DNA from: an uncultured Gammaproteobacteria bacterium | GTDB lineage: Bacteria; Patescibacteriota; Microgenomatia; UBA8517 | Length of the DNA: 63,669 nucleotides | Assembly (NCBI GenBank): GCA_964422865.1 | Contig: CAYRCU010000003.1 | Location: forward strand, 1-63,669 | Reading direction: 5' to 3' | Notes under the pieces: generated by a model | Told to the model about the DNA's origin: nothing | The model's database searches: none | The model's input: the letters and a program-made list of their open reading frames with translations, nothing else | Shown: positions 45,568 to 56,183 of the stretch, piece after piece | Position numbering within the stretch: position 1 is the first letter of the stretch | Layout of the letters: each line of letters starts with the position of its first letter | Translations under genes and position numbers: made by a program

Positions 45568-46491
45568 ATGAAAAAATCTAAAGTTTCCATAATAATTCTC
45601 AATTGGAACGGAAAAAAAAACACGCTTGAATGCTTAAAATCCATCAACACTCTTCGCACGGAACTGTCCAAGATCAAAATCATTGTCGTAGACAACGCCT
45701 CTCGGGACGACTCAGTTAAAGCAATCAAAAAAGCCTCGTTAAAATATCCATTAATAGTGTTAAGAAACAAAAAAAATCTTGGCTTTGCAGAAGGAAACAA
45801 TGTAGGCATAAGTTACGCACTTAAAAAAGGAGCAGATTTTATAATGATTTTAAACAATGACACAAAGGTAGATAAAAATCTTGTTGATAATCTCCTAAAA
45901 GCCGCCGAACGCCATCCCGAAGCAGGAATCTTAAGTCCAAAAATTTATTTTGCCAAAGGCTTTGAATTTCACAAAAAAAGATATAAAGAGAAAGATTTTG
46001 GGAAGGTTATTTGGTATGCGGGTGGTGAGTTTGATTGGAAAAATGTTTATGGAAAAAATCGGGGGGTAGATAAAATAGACAAAGGTCAATTTAACAAAGA
46101 AGAGAGCATAGACTTCGCAACAGGTGCCTGCCTTTTTGTCCGCGCACAAGCTTTGAAGGAAACTGGAATGTTCAACAAAAACTATTATCTATATCTTGAA
46201 GATGCTGACTTGTCTCTAAGGATGAAAAAAAGGGGTTGGGAGATTGTTTTTGTCCCGACAGCATTTATTTGGCACAAGGTTTCTCAAAGCTCAAAAATCG
46301 GAGGAGATTTGAACGATTATTTTCTCACAAGGAACAGAATTTATTTTGCACTTACCCACGCTCCTCTTCGTTCCAAAATAGCGGTAATCCGCGAAAGTTT
46401 TAAACTCCTTTTGTTGGGAAGAAAATGGCAGCGTCTCGGGGTTCGCGATTTTTATTTAGGAAAATTAGGCAAAGGAACATGGAAAAACTAA
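45568..46491 (+). CDS. GT2 glycosyltransferase (WbbL/rhamnosyltransferase-like)
   Basis: LNWNG, VDNASRDDS, NLGFAEGNN, LNNDT, YLEDADL. Confidence 0.88.
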   Translation: MKKSKVSIIILNWNGKKNTLECLKSINTLRTELSKIKIIVVDNASRDDSVKAIKKASLKYPLIVLRNKKNLGFAEGNNVGISYALKKGADFIMILNNDTKVDKNLVDNLLKAAERHPEAGILSPKIYFAKGFEFHKKRYKEKDFGKVIWYAGGEFDWKNVYGKNRGVDKIDKGQFNKEESIDFATGACLFVRAQALKETGMFNKNYYLYLEDADLSLRMKKRGWEIVFVPTAFIWHKVSQSSKIGGDLNDYFLTRNRIYFALTHAPLRSKIAVIRESFKLLLLGRKWQRLGVRDFYLGKLGKGTWKN

Positions 46492-47252
46492 CAATAATAA
46501 TTATTGCAAGAGATGAAGAGAAAATGCTCTCAGGTTGCCTGGAATCCGCTTCTTGGGCAGATGAAGTAATAGTTGTAGATCACGGTTCGATTGATAAAAC
46601 AATAAATATCGCCAAAGCGCAAAAAGCAAAAGTAATCAATCTTCCCAGAGAGGATAAACCTGACTACTCACATCCAAGAAACGTCGGCTTAAAAGCTGCA
46701 AAGGAAAATTGGGTTTTTTATCTTGATGCGGACGAACGCATCACACCCAAACTCAAAAAAGAACTCCGAGAATTATTAAAAAAGGGCAGTTACAAATATT
46801 CCTTTTATGCTGTCCCTCGATTAAATATAATACTGGGCAAACCCTTAAAACACGGTGGATGGTATCCGGATTATGTTAAGAGACTGTTTAATAAATCTGC
46901 CCTCAAGGGGTGGAAAGGAGCTCTTCATGAGGAACCGGTAATCAAAGGCAAAATCGGTCATCTCCAAAACAGTCTCTTGCATATAAAACATGAAACAATC
47001 TCGGAAATGATTGAAAAAACAAACAATTGGTCAAAGATAGAGGCAAAATTAATGTTTGAGGCCAATCACCCCAAAATGAATATTCCCAGATTTTTTACAG
47101 CCATGTGGAGAGAATTTTTCTTCCGCATGATAAAAAAGAAAGCTTTTCTTGACGGGTCTGAGGGAGTAATCGTGGCACTTTATCAAGTTTGGAGCCGTTT
47201 CACTTCTTACGCAAAACTCTACGAAATGCAAATAAAAAATGAAAAGGGCTAG
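46479..47252 (+). CDS. GT2 glycosyltransferase (WaaE-like)
   Basis: IARDEE, VDHGSIDKT, LDADER, WYPDY, LHE. Start at ATG 46479. Confidence 0.88.
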   Translation: MEKLTIIIIARDEEKMLSGCLESASWADEVIVVDHGSIDKTINIAKAQKAKVINLPREDKPDYSHPRNVGLKAAKENWVFYLDADERITPKLKKELRELLKKGSYKYSFYAVPRLNIILGKPLKHGGWYPDYVKRLFNKSALKGWKGALHEEPVIKGKIGHLQNSLLHIKHETISEMIEKTNNWSKIEAKLMFEANHPKMNIPRFFTAMWREFFFRMIKKKAFLDGSEGVIVALYQVWSRFTSYAKLYEMQIKNEKG

Positions 47253-48273
47253 TATTTTCAATCCGTATTTAGATACTCTGGGTGGAGGGGAGCGCTACAC
47301 GATGGCGGTAGCCGCAAGCCTGGCTAAAGCAGGATACGACATCGATGTAGAATGGAACAATCCGGACACAAAACAACGCCTCGAGAATCGCTTCGGAATT
47401 AATTTGAAATACATTAATTTTGTCCCTGATATAAAAAGGGGAGACGGGTACGATATTTGCTTTTGGGTTTCAGACGGCTCCATCCCTACGCTTCGTGCAC
47501 AAACAAACTTGCTTCATTTTCAGGTTCCCTTTACAAAGGTTCGGGGCAAAACGCTTTTAAACAAAATGAAGCTTATAAGAATTAAAAAAGTTATTTGCAA
47601 TTCAAATTTTACGAAAAATATTGTAGACCAAGAATACGGCTTTTCTGAAAAAAGTATCGTTCTTTATCCGCCAGTTGACGTAAAAAAGTTCCGTCCGAAA
47701 AAGAAAAAAGAAAAAATAATCCTTTACATTGGTCGTTTCTCGCGATTAACTCAATCCAAAAGACAGGATGTTTTAGTAGAAGTTTTTAAAAAATTCTCAA
47801 TGAAGTACAGAGATTGGAAATTAGTGCTTGCAGGCGGCACGGAAGTTGGCACAGATGAACACTTCAAAAGATTAAAGGATGGCTCGGAAGGCTTCCCCAT
47901 AGAAATTCTCGAAAGCCCGGGGTTTGATGTTGTCAAAGATATTTTGGGAAAAGCAAAAATCTTTTGGTCAGCCAGCGGGTACGGCGTTGATGAAAAGAAG
48001 GAGCCTCAAATGGTCGAGCACTTTGGCATTGCACCAGTTGAAGCTATGTCAGCAGGCTGTGTTCCACTGATCTATTCTGCCGGCGGCCACAAAGAAATCA
48101 TAAAAAACAATTCAAATGGTTTTCTCTGGAAAAAGAAAAGTGAACTTCTACAAAAAACAGCCTATTTAATCGAAAATCAGAAAATTCTCAACAAACTGAG
48201 CAAACAAGCAAAAAAAGACAGTTTGCTATATAGTTATGAAAATTTTGAAAAAAATTTCTTATCACTTCTTTAA
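47239..48273 (+). CDS. GT4 (GT-B) glycosyltransferase
   Basis: GGGERY, IGRF, EHFGIAPVEAMSAG (EX7E). Confidence 0.9.
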   Translation: MKRASIFNPYLDTLGGGERYTMAVAASLAKAGYDIDVEWNNPDTKQRLENRFGINLKYINFVPDIKRGDGYDICFWVSDGSIPTLRAQTNLLHFQVPFTKVRGKTLLNKMKLIRIKKVICNSNFTKNIVDQEYGFSEKSIVLYPPVDVKKFRPKKKKEKIILYIGRFSRLTQSKRQDVLVEVFKKFSMKYRDWKLVLAGGTEVGTDEHFKRLKDGSEGFPIEILESPGFDVVKDILGKAKIFWSASGYGVDEKKEPQMVEHFGIAPVEAMSAGCVPLIYSAGGHKEIIKNNSNGFLWKKKSELLQKTAYLIENQKILNKLSKQAKKDSLLYSYENFEKNFLSLL

Positions 48274-50599
48274 AAACTACTGGCCACTCATCCTGTTAGT
48301 AGGTTTAGTCTGCAGCTTCTTCTGGAAATTTTTTCTCAGAGGTCAAATCCCATTTCCGGGCGACTTCGTTGTGGGAGTCTATTATCCCTGGCTTGACTAT
48401 AAGTGGGGCTACGCCGTGGGAGTTCCTGTCAAAAACCCTATCATGGCAGATGTCCCCTCGTTTATTTTTCCAATGCAAACCCTTGCAATCAATCTCATAA
48501 AAAGTGCAAAAGCTCCGCTTTGGAACCCCGCTATCCTGGCAGGCACTCCACTTCTTGCAAACTTTCAATCAGCTCCTTTTTCCCCCGTCAATTTTCTGTA
48601 CTTTATTTTTGACACACTCACCGCCTGGAGTTTTCAAATTATTTTCCAACATATTCTTTGTGCATTTTTCACTTATATTCTTCTCAGACACTGGAAAGTC
48701 TCTCGCTTTGGCTCTTTTGTAGGTGGCCTCATCTTCGCATTTTCAGGCTTTAATCTCATTTGGTCACAATGGAATGGCCATGCTCTGACAGCTGCTCTGA
48801 TTCCACTGTTTGTTCTTTTTCAGGATAAATTTTTCAAAAAAGGTAAGGTTGTCTACGGAGCAGCTATCGCTCTCACACTAAGTTTTCAAATTTTCTCGGG
48901 ATATCCACAAGTGGTTATTTATACCGCCCTTGCGTCAATAATCCTTTGGACAGTAAGACTAAAAAAAGATAAAGATTGGTTACGCAAAACCCTGTTTTTT
49001 GGATTTTTTTGTACACTCGGACTCGGTCTGTCCGCAATACAGCTCTTACCCGGAGCAGAGCTTTTAAGGCTCTCCCAATGGACGGCTGAAACAAACACAA
49101 AGGCTTGGGCGTTTTTGCCTTGGATAAAAACAATCACGTTCCTGGCTCCCGATTACTTTGGAAATCATGTAACAAGAAATTACTGGGGGCCGCAGGATTA
49201 CACTTCAAATACAGGCTTTTCGGGAGTGGTAGCATTTATTCTTGCTGGCCTTTCTTTGGGTCTCATCAAGAAAAAAAAAGAGATTCTTTTTTCACTTCTT
49301 CTTTTGATAGCAACTCTAGCCATCTCATACCCAACTCCCGTTTCAATATTTTTCTGGAAATATAATCTTTTTGGAATGCGCACTTCCTCTTCTCACAGGG
49401 CTCTGGTACTGCTGAATCTGAGCATTGCTCTTCTGGCGGGTTTCGGAATTGATGCCCTGCAAAAAAGTAAAGCCAACCTAAAAGAAGCGCTTACTTTTCC
49501 CTACTTGATAATTGGCGCAACTTGGATAGCCACTCTTTATTTTTGGTTTACGACAAAAGGGATACCCAAGTACTCCGTGGGTGTCAGAAATTTAATTTTC
49601 CCCACTGCAATTTTATTTTCCTCGACAGCTCTTATTTGGATAATTTTGAGATTCAAGGCTCTCAAAAAACCGGCCAACTTTCTGCTCCTCGCTCTTCTAG
49701 TCTTCGAACTTTTTAGATTTGGCTGGAAATTCACTCCCTTCTCACCGCGCGCCCTGGTGTTTCCCAAAACTCCGGTATTGGAATTTCTTACCTCTCAAGA
49801 AAAACCATTCAGAACCACAAATTCAAGAGTAATTCCCGTAAATCTGCATATGTTCTATAATCTGGAGTCTTTGGAGGGCTACGAAACAATGCGTCCATAC
49901 ATTTCCTCAAAGTTTATCGCAGCACTCAATCAGGGCACGCCCACTGCAAGTCCGACAGGTAGATACGGAATAATAGATAATGACACATCTCATCTTTTAG
50001 ATCTGGCAAATACCAAGTATTATCTCGCTCTAAAAAAAGACAAAAATGGTAGAGAAAGCCCGACAGGCATCATAAATAAAAAATATGACCCCAAAAGATT
50101 CACAATTGCCTTTGAAGATAAGTCGGTAGTCGTTCTTGAAAGTAATTCCGTTCTTCCAAGAGCATTCATGGTATATGACTGGGAGGTTGAGGAAAACGAA
50201 GAAAGCATTCTTAAAGCTCTTCTTGACTCTTCGTTCCCAATCTCAAAAAAGATTATTCTTCAAAAAAATCCATCAATAAAAAAGCCTGTCAACGACAATT
50301 TTCAAAACGAGGTTAAATACTTAAAATATGACAAGCAAAAAAGCATCATAGAAGTTGCAACAAATTCCCCCGGACTCCTGTTTATCTCCGACACTTTTTT
50401 TCCGGGGTGGAAAGCATTTGTTGACAATAAAGAGACCGAAATCTTAAACGCCAATTTCACTTTCAGGGCAATGGAAATTCCGGAAGGCAAACACATTGTG
50501 AGCATAGCCTACGAACCCAAAAGCTTCTCTCTTGGGATAATAGTTTCCTTTATTTCATTGATACTGCTCACAACAACAGTAATATTGAAACAAAAATGA
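48236..50599 (+). CDS. YfhO-family GT-C membrane glycosyltransferase
   Basis: 787 aa. PLWNP.ILAGTPL.AN.QSAPF, QLLPGAEL, LPRAF, LFISDTFFPGWKAFVD, N..FRAM.IP.GKH.V tail. Confidence 0.85.
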   Translation: MKILKKISYHFFKNYWPLILLVGLVCSFFWKFFLRGQIPFPGDFVVGVYYPWLDYKWGYAVGVPVKNPIMADVPSFIFPMQTLAINLIKSAKAPLWNPAILAGTPLLANFQSAPFSPVNFLYFIFDTLTAWSFQIIFQHILCAFFTYILLRHWKVSRFGSFVGGLIFAFSGFNLIWSQWNGHALTAALIPLFVLFQDKFFKKGKVVYGAAIALTLSFQIFSGYPQVVIYTALASIILWTVRLKKDKDWLRKTLFFGFFCTLGLGLSAIQLLPGAELLRLSQWTAETNTKAWAFLPWIKTITFLAPDYFGNHVTRNYWGPQDYTSNTGFSGVVAFILAGLSLGLIKKKKEILFSLLLLIATLAISYPTPVSIFFWKYNLFGMRTSSSHRALVLLNLSIALLAGFGIDALQKSKANLKEALTFPYLIIGATWIATLYFWFTTKGIPKYSVGVRNLIFPTAILFSSTALIWIILRFKALKKPANFLLLALLVFELFRFGWKFTPFSPRALVFPKTPVLEFLTSQEKPFRTTNSRVIPVNLHMFYNLESLEGYETMRPYISSKFIAALNQGTPTASPTGRYGIIDNDTSHLLDLANTKYYLALKKDKNGRESPTGIINKKYDPKRFTIAFEDKSVVVLESNSVLPRAFMVYDWEVEENEESILKALLDSSFPISKKIILQKNPSIKKPVNDNFQNEVKYLKYDKQKSIIEVATNSPGLLFISDTFFPGWKAFVDNKETEILNANFTFRAMEIPEGKHIVSIAYEPKSFSLGIIVSFISLILLTTTVILKQK

Positions 50600-52119
50600 C
50601 TAAAAAAGATCTCAAAGTATTGTTTTCAATTTTTATCCTGGCACTTCTTGTGAGATTTATATTTTTTCCCTCAAATATCTATTTTGGTTTTGATCAAGCA
50701 AGAGATGCCTATGAATCTCAAAGTATATACCTGAAAGGGAATATTAAAATAATCGGCCCTTCCACGGCAGCGGAAAACCTTTTTCATGGCCCGCTGTACT
50801 GGTATTTAATTGGTCCCTTTTACCTTTTGGGTAGTGGGAATCCCGTTTTCCCTGCAGCCTTTCTTATTGTTTTAAACGCGCTCAATATTTTTGTGCTTTA
50901 CTATTTTGGAAAACTTTTGGTAAACAAGAAATTCGCACTAATCGCAAGCCTTCTCTATGCCGTTTCTTTTGAGCAAACTCAATATGCTCTCTACTTCGGA
51001 AACCCGGCACCTGCGGTTCTCACAATCACTCTTTTTTATTTGGCTCTCTCAGCCTTTCTTTTTAAAAAGAAATGGTGGGGACTTCCCTTGAGCCTTTTCT
51101 TTCTGGGACTTTCAATTCAATTTGAATTTTTTTTAATTTATCTCGGAATCATTCTTGTTCTGCTTCTGACAATTTTTATAAAAACTGTAAAACTGGATCT
51201 CAAGACAATCCTTGCTTCGGGAACAATGTTTCTACTAAGCACATCAACCTTCATTCTTTCAGAGTTGAAATTCCAATTTCGAACAACAAAGACCTTGTTT
51301 GCTATCTTTACAAAAACCGCTCCAAGCTCTCCATACCAAAAGGTGTTCTTTGAATACTTTCGGAGACTGGTTCTTCAAATACACGATAATATCTTCGGAT
51401 TAACAAACACAAAAATTGAAGGCGCCATCCTTGTCGCAATTCTTCTTATGTCCGTTTATTGGATTGCAAAAAGAAAAAAGCAATCTAAGTTATTGGTAGT
51501 TTTTCTCGTCTGGTTTCTCTCAACCATAATTCTCACTAAATTCGGAAATCCCACTCTTTACTATACAAATATCGGTGTCTCTGTAGGCCTAATCATGCTC
51601 ACCACCTTCTTTCTATGTAAACTTCCTCGCAAAGTCGTTCTCCTCATTCTTGCAGTAATTATCGCGGGGAACCTTTCAAGAGTGTACAAAGAAAACAAAA
51701 ACGGAATAACAAATGACATATATGTTCAAGAAGGAATGCTTTTGGGAAAAGAACTCAAAGTCATAGATTATATATACCTAAACTCCAACCAAAAGTTTAT
51801 AGTTGTATCAGCTCTCACAATGCCCCTAAACATTAACACCACCTGGGCATACCTGTTTAATTGGTATGGAAAGGCTACGTATCAAAAAGTTCCCTTTTGG
51901 TCAGGCGATGTGGCAGAAGGCTACCCGGGTTCCCTTCCGGCCTGGGTCAATCAATCAGAAGACTTTAATTATTTCTCAATCATCGAACCAACAAGAGGAA
52001 TAAGACAAGCATTTGTCAACAATTTTACAGCCTCCCAAGAATCCATCGGACCAGCCGTTAACTCATTTACTCAGGGAAACGCCTGGTATAATCAAATTAT
52101 TGTACAAAAAAGAAAATGA
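50596..52119 (+). CDS. GT-C glycosyltransferase (D[EQ]xRD paralog subfamily)
   Basis: FGFDQARDA, IIGPSTAAENLFHGPLYWYL, YFGNPA. Confidence 0.8.
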   Translation: MTKKDLKVLFSIFILALLVRFIFFPSNIYFGFDQARDAYESQSIYLKGNIKIIGPSTAAENLFHGPLYWYLIGPFYLLGSGNPVFPAAFLIVLNALNIFVLYYFGKLLVNKKFALIASLLYAVSFEQTQYALYFGNPAPAVLTITLFYLALSAFLFKKKWWGLPLSLFFLGLSIQFEFFLIYLGIILVLLLTIFIKTVKLDLKTILASGTMFLLSTSTFILSELKFQFRTTKTLFAIFTKTAPSSPYQKVFFEYFRRLVLQIHDNIFGLTNTKIEGAILVAILLMSVYWIAKRKKQSKLLVVFLVWFLSTIILTKFGNPTLYYTNIGVSVGLIMLTTFFLCKLPRKVVLLILAVIIAGNLSRVYKENKNGITNDIYVQEGMLLGKELKVIDYIYLNSNQKFIVVSALTMPLNINTTWAYLFNWYGKATYQKVPFWSGDVAEGYPGSLPAWVNQSEDFNYFSIIEPTRGIRQAFVNNFTASQESIGPAVNSFTQGNAWYNQIIVQKRK

Positions 52120-52778
52120 TAAGATCAGAATCACTTAAAAAAGCGGCCAAACTCCACGAAAATGTCCCTCCTGATTGGTATTATCGCTCAATCAAGATTA
52201 ACTTCGGTCAGCGTTTTTGGCACAAAACCAGATTCAAAGAAGTGGGAAAGCTCATAGAAAAAACCGGCGGGAGCATTCTTGACATTGGAAGTGCAGACGG
52301 AGTCTTTTCAAATATAATTTTAAAAAAAAGCGGGGCAAATAAAGTAATTGGAATTGACGTATTAAGCTCCTCCGTTAACTGGGCCAACTCTCATTGGAAA
52401 AAGCAAAAAAAGCTGCAATTCCGCCTCGGCGATGCCCATAACTTGAATTTCAAGGCAAACACGTTTGACGCTGTATTTGCGCTGGAGGTTCTTGAGCATG
52501 TTGAAGATTCTCAAAAGGTTTTAAAAGAAGTAAAAAGAGTCCTTAAAAAAGGAGGATATGCGGTGTTATTGGTACCCACAGATAGTAATCTTTTTAAAAC
52601 AATATGGTTTTTCTGGACAAAGTTCTTACGCGGCCGGATTTGGAACGATTGTCACATTAATTCCTTCAACAACAAAAATTCATTGGTCTACAACTTGGAA
52701 AAGGTCGGGTTCAAAATTGAATCGGATAAAAAATTTCTGCTGGGAATGCTGAATGTGGTAAAGGCAAGAAAAGTATAA
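52116..52778 (+). CDS. class I SAM-dependent methyltransferase
   Basis: ILDIGSADG (motif I), GDAHNL.F, FDAVFALEVLEHV. Confidence 0.9.
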   Translation: MIRSESLKKAAKLHENVPPDWYYRSIKINFGQRFWHKTRFKEVGKLIEKTGGSILDIGSADGVFSNIILKKSGANKVIGIDVLSSSVNWANSHWKKQKKLQFRLGDAHNLNFKANTFDAVFALEVLEHVEDSQKVLKEVKRVLKKGGYAVLLVPTDSNLFKTIWFFWTKFLRGRIWNDCHINSFNNKNSLVYNLEKVGFKIESDKKFLLGMLNVVKARKV

Positions 52779-52785
52779 AAAGGTT

Positions 52786-53682
52786 ATGAAAGTATCAATA
52801 ATAATACCAAGTTGGAACGGACAATTCCTTCTTGAAAAGCACCTTCCAAAAGTACTAAAAGCAAAGGCCAACAAAGAAAACAACATACTTGAAATTGTCA
52901 TAGTTGACGACCACTCCACAGATGAGACAGTTAAATATCTAAAAAAACACTTCAAAGACAAAGTAAGGCTTATCAAACATTCCAAAAACAGAGGTTTCTC
53001 AAGTACTGTCAATACGGGGGTGCGCATGGCAAAAGGAGATTTAGTCTGCCTTCTCAATCAGGATGTCTCCCCAAGTGAAAATTTTCTGGCGAAAGCACTT
53101 TCCCATTTCAAAGATGATCTGGTTTTTGCGGTAACGCTTCATGAAAAAGGATGCGGCCCGGCAGTAGGAGTGTTTGAAAACGGCTACATTGAACACAAAA
53201 ATGCAAAGGAAGCAAACTCCGCGCAAGATAGTTTCTGGGCAAGTGGAGGGAGCGCAGTCTTTAGGCGAAGCATCTGGATGAAACTGAAAGGTTTTAATGA
53301 AACACTTTTTAGCCCATTTTACTGGGAAGATGTAGACTTGGCTTATCGGGCGCAAAAAAGAGGCTTCAAAATTCTCTGGGAGCCCGATTCATTAGTCTCG
53401 CATCAGCATGAATCAACAATAAATCCGTCAAACTTTCAAGCCCGATACTTAAATATAATAAAGGAAAGAAACCAGCTGCTGTTAATCTGGAAAAACATAA
53501 CAAGCCCTCGCCTGACAAGAAAACATGTTGCCTCGATGCTTAAAAGAGCTCTTCACAATCCCGGCTACTTCATCGTCATTTTTGCCGCACTTCGAAAATT
53601 GTTCGTTGTGCGAAAATTGAGACTTATCGAAAAAAAAGAATCCAAAGTCTCGGATGAAGCAATTTTTGCAAAATTTTCATGA
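52786..53682 (+). CDS. GT2 glycosyltransferase
   Basis: IPSWNG, VDDHSTDET, NRGFSSTVN, LNQD, YWEDVDL. Confidence 0.88.
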   Translation: MKVSIIIPSWNGQFLLEKHLPKVLKAKANKENNILEIVIVDDHSTDETVKYLKKHFKDKVRLIKHSKNRGFSSTVNTGVRMAKGDLVCLLNQDVSPSENFLAKALSHFKDDLVFAVTLHEKGCGPAVGVFENGYIEHKNAKEANSAQDSFWASGGSAVFRRSIWMKLKGFNETLFSPFYWEDVDLAYRAQKRGFKILWEPDSLVSHQHESTINPSNFQARYLNIIKERNQLLLIWKNITSPRLTRKHVASMLKRALHNPGYFIVIFAALRKLFVVRKLRLIEKKESKVSDEAIFAKFS

Positions 53683-54497
53683 AGCCGACACTTTCAATAA
53701 TCATAGTAAGCTACAACACGAAACGCCTCACTCTTCAATGCATTAAATCAATTTTTTCCTCAAAACCTAAAGTAAATTTTGAAGTAATAGTTGTAGATAA
53801 CGCTTCCCAAGATGGGTCAGCTGAAGCTCTCTCAAAAATCAAAAATATAAAGTTAATAAGAAATTTCACAAATACGGGATTTGCCAGAGCCAACAACAAG
53901 GGCATCAAAAAAGCGAAAGGGCAATATATTCTTCTTCTGAATTCCGACACGGAGACGGCAAAAGGATCACTTGACAAGCTTGTTGACTTTGCTCGAAAAA
54001 ATCCTGATGCGGGTGTGGTTAGCCCGAGATTGTTAAACTCCGATAAAACCATTCAAGCTTCGGTCTACAATTTTCCGACAATAAGAAATGCAATTTTGGA
54101 ATACTGGTTTGGCAAAAAGGGAGCCTACGAAAAACATTTCCCAAAAAGCTCAAAACCTGTCAAAGTAGAAGCTCTCGTCGCAGCCGCGTTTTTAATTACT
54201 CCCAAAGCAAGGAAAAAAGTTGGATTGCTGGATACCAGGTATTTTATGTTTTTTGAGGATTTGGACTATTGCAGAAGGGTAAGAAAGTCGGGTCTTAAAA
54301 TTTACTATTTGCCAACTGTTAATATTATCCATCATCACGGAGCGAGCGGGAAAAAAATTGCAAAAAGCGATGATCAATGGCGGCGCCTTGTCTCATCGTC
54401 AAAAATCTATCACGGCGCAATAAAACACTACATTCTCTGGTTCATTCTCTACTCGGCTCAAAAATTTACCCAACTGAAAGTAGCTGTTAGACTTTAA
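53679..54497 (+). CDS. GT2 glycosyltransferase (WbbL-like)
   Basis: IVSYNT, VDNASQDGS, GFARANN, LLNSD, FFEDLDYC. Confidence 0.88.
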   Translation: MKPTLSIIIVSYNTKRLTLQCIKSIFSSKPKVNFEVIVVDNASQDGSAEALSKIKNIKLIRNFTNTGFARANNKGIKKAKGQYILLLNSDTETAKGSLDKLVDFARKNPDAGVVSPRLLNSDKTIQASVYNFPTIRNAILEYWFGKKGAYEKHFPKSSKPVKVEALVAAAFLITPKARKKVGLLDTRYFMFFEDLDYCRRVRKSGLKIYYLPTVNIIHHHGASGKKIAKSDDQWRRLVSSSKIYHGAIKHYILWFILYSAQKFTQLKVAVRL

Positions 54498-54500
54498 AAA

Positions 54501-56183
54501 GTGAAAAGCAAAAGAACTGTTCTTGTTATTATTCTTCTACTATCCTCGCTTCTTCGTCTTTGGAAACTATCAAGCGTTCCTGTCTCACTTTTTGGGGACG
54601 AACTGGATGTTGGGTATCATGCTTATTCGGTGCTAAAGACAGGCAAAGACTACTACGGAAACTTCATGCCTCTTCACTTTCATTCCCTTGCCGAATACAG
54701 AACCCCGCTTTATCTTTATACCGCTGTACCAACCGTCGCACTTTTTGGAATCTCTCCGCTTGGGGTTCGCCTCCCTGCGGCAATCTTTGGAATTTTGGGA
54801 GTTTGGGTGTTGTATCTAATGGTCAAAGAGCTTTTCAAAAACGAAAATTTGGCTCTTATTTCTTCATTTGTTTTAGCCATTTCTCCTTGGCACATTCAGT
54901 ATTCTCGAGCGGCGTTTGAAGTAACTCAACTTTTGTTCTTTCTTCTCTTGGGGATCCTTTTATTCTTCAAATCTTTCAAAAAAAGCAACCTACTTTGGCT
55001 TTCTGTCTCAAGTTTTCTTCTTATGCCCTGGGTATATAGCTCCGCCAAGCTTTTTACACCCTTCTTGTTAGCCTCTCTCTTTATTTTTTATTTCAAAAAG
55101 ATTACAGCTTTTCCCAAAAAACATCTAATCCACGCCGCTATTGCAGGCATTGTCATTGGAGGACCTCTTATAATAAACATTCTTTTCGGCGGAGGAGCAC
55201 AGCGCTTTGGCTACATAGGGGTCTTTACCAACCCGTCTACAGAACATGAAGTAGGGGTAGCAAGATTAAATGATGCAAAAATGCGGGGAGAATCGGGCAC
55301 GGGAATCAGTCCGAGGATAGATGATAGATTTCTTCACAATAAATACGTATTTTGGGCAGAAAACATAATCTCAAATTATCTTCAGGCATTTTCAACAGAT
55401 TTTCTTTTCATAAAAGGTGATCCGAATCCGCGCCACTCAATTATAGGTATGGGACAGTTATACAGAGTAGAAATATTAGCCTTGGCACTGGGAATTATCT
55501 ACTTCTTCTCATCAAGGGAAAACAGAAAATTAAAGCTATTAATAGCCTTCTGGATACTTGCCGGAGTAATCCCCTCATCCATAACCCGGGATGGAGGAAA
55601 TCATGCCACACGCCTGATTCTCATCCTTCCGCCACTGATATTTCTAGTTTCATACGGAATCTACAAAATGAATAAACTTTTACTGGTAATCTACTTTCTT
55701 CTTCTCCTTATTAACTTCCTTTTCTATCAGCATAAATTTTGGATCCACAATCCCTGGCAAAGTGAAAGATGGTGGCACTCAGGCTATAAAGAAGCAATAA
55801 CCTACATTAAAGAAAACCAGCAAAATTACGACAACATTGTAATTTCGACCGCAGGAGAACCTCCCTGGATTTTCTTTGCCGCACATTACCAATATCCGCC
55901 TCAAAAATGGCACAGTGAGTTTCCGATAGGCAACGATGTGACCCTAGAAGGATTCGGGAAAATAAGCCACACAGGCAAATTCTACTTTGGCTCTCCGCAA
56001 GTAGATGGATTATATTCCTGGGGACAAGTTATTGATAACAAAACATTGTATCTGGCAACAGAAAAGGAAGTAAACGTGAATTTAATACTGGAGCCCAATA
56101 GAACCCCGTCCGACCTCGTTCTTCTTAAAAGCATCCCCTTCCCATCGGGAGAACCCGCCCTATACATATTTACAGGAAAGTGA
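54501..56183 (+). CDS. GT-C glycosyltransferase (DE..GY.AYS.LKTG family)
   Basis: LFGDELDVGYHAYSVLKTGKDYYG, SPWHIQYSRAAFE. Confidence 0.85.
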   Translation: MKSKRTVLVIILLLSSLLRLWKLSSVPVSLFGDELDVGYHAYSVLKTGKDYYGNFMPLHFHSLAEYRTPLYLYTAVPTVALFGISPLGVRLPAAIFGILGVWVLYLMVKELFKNENLALISSFVLAISPWHIQYSRAAFEVTQLLFFLLLGILLFFKSFKKSNLLWLSVSSFLLMPWVYSSAKLFTPFLLASLFIFYFKKITAFPKKHLIHAAIAGIVIGGPLIINILFGGGAQRFGYIGVFTNPSTEHEVGVARLNDAKMRGESGTGISPRIDDRFLHNKYVFWAENIISNYLQAFSTDFLFIKGDPNPRHSIIGMGQLYRVEILALALGIIYFFSSRENRKLKLLIAFWILAGVIPSSITRDGGNHATRLILILPPLIFLVSYGIYKMNKLLLVIYFLLLLINFLFYQHKFWIHNPWQSERWWHSGYKEAITYIKENQQNYDNIVISTAGEPPWIFFAAHYQYPPQKWHSEFPIGNDVTLEGFGKISHTGKFYFGSPQVDGLYSWGQVIDNKTLYLATEKEVNVNLILEPNRTPSDLVLLKSIPFPSGEPALYIFTGK

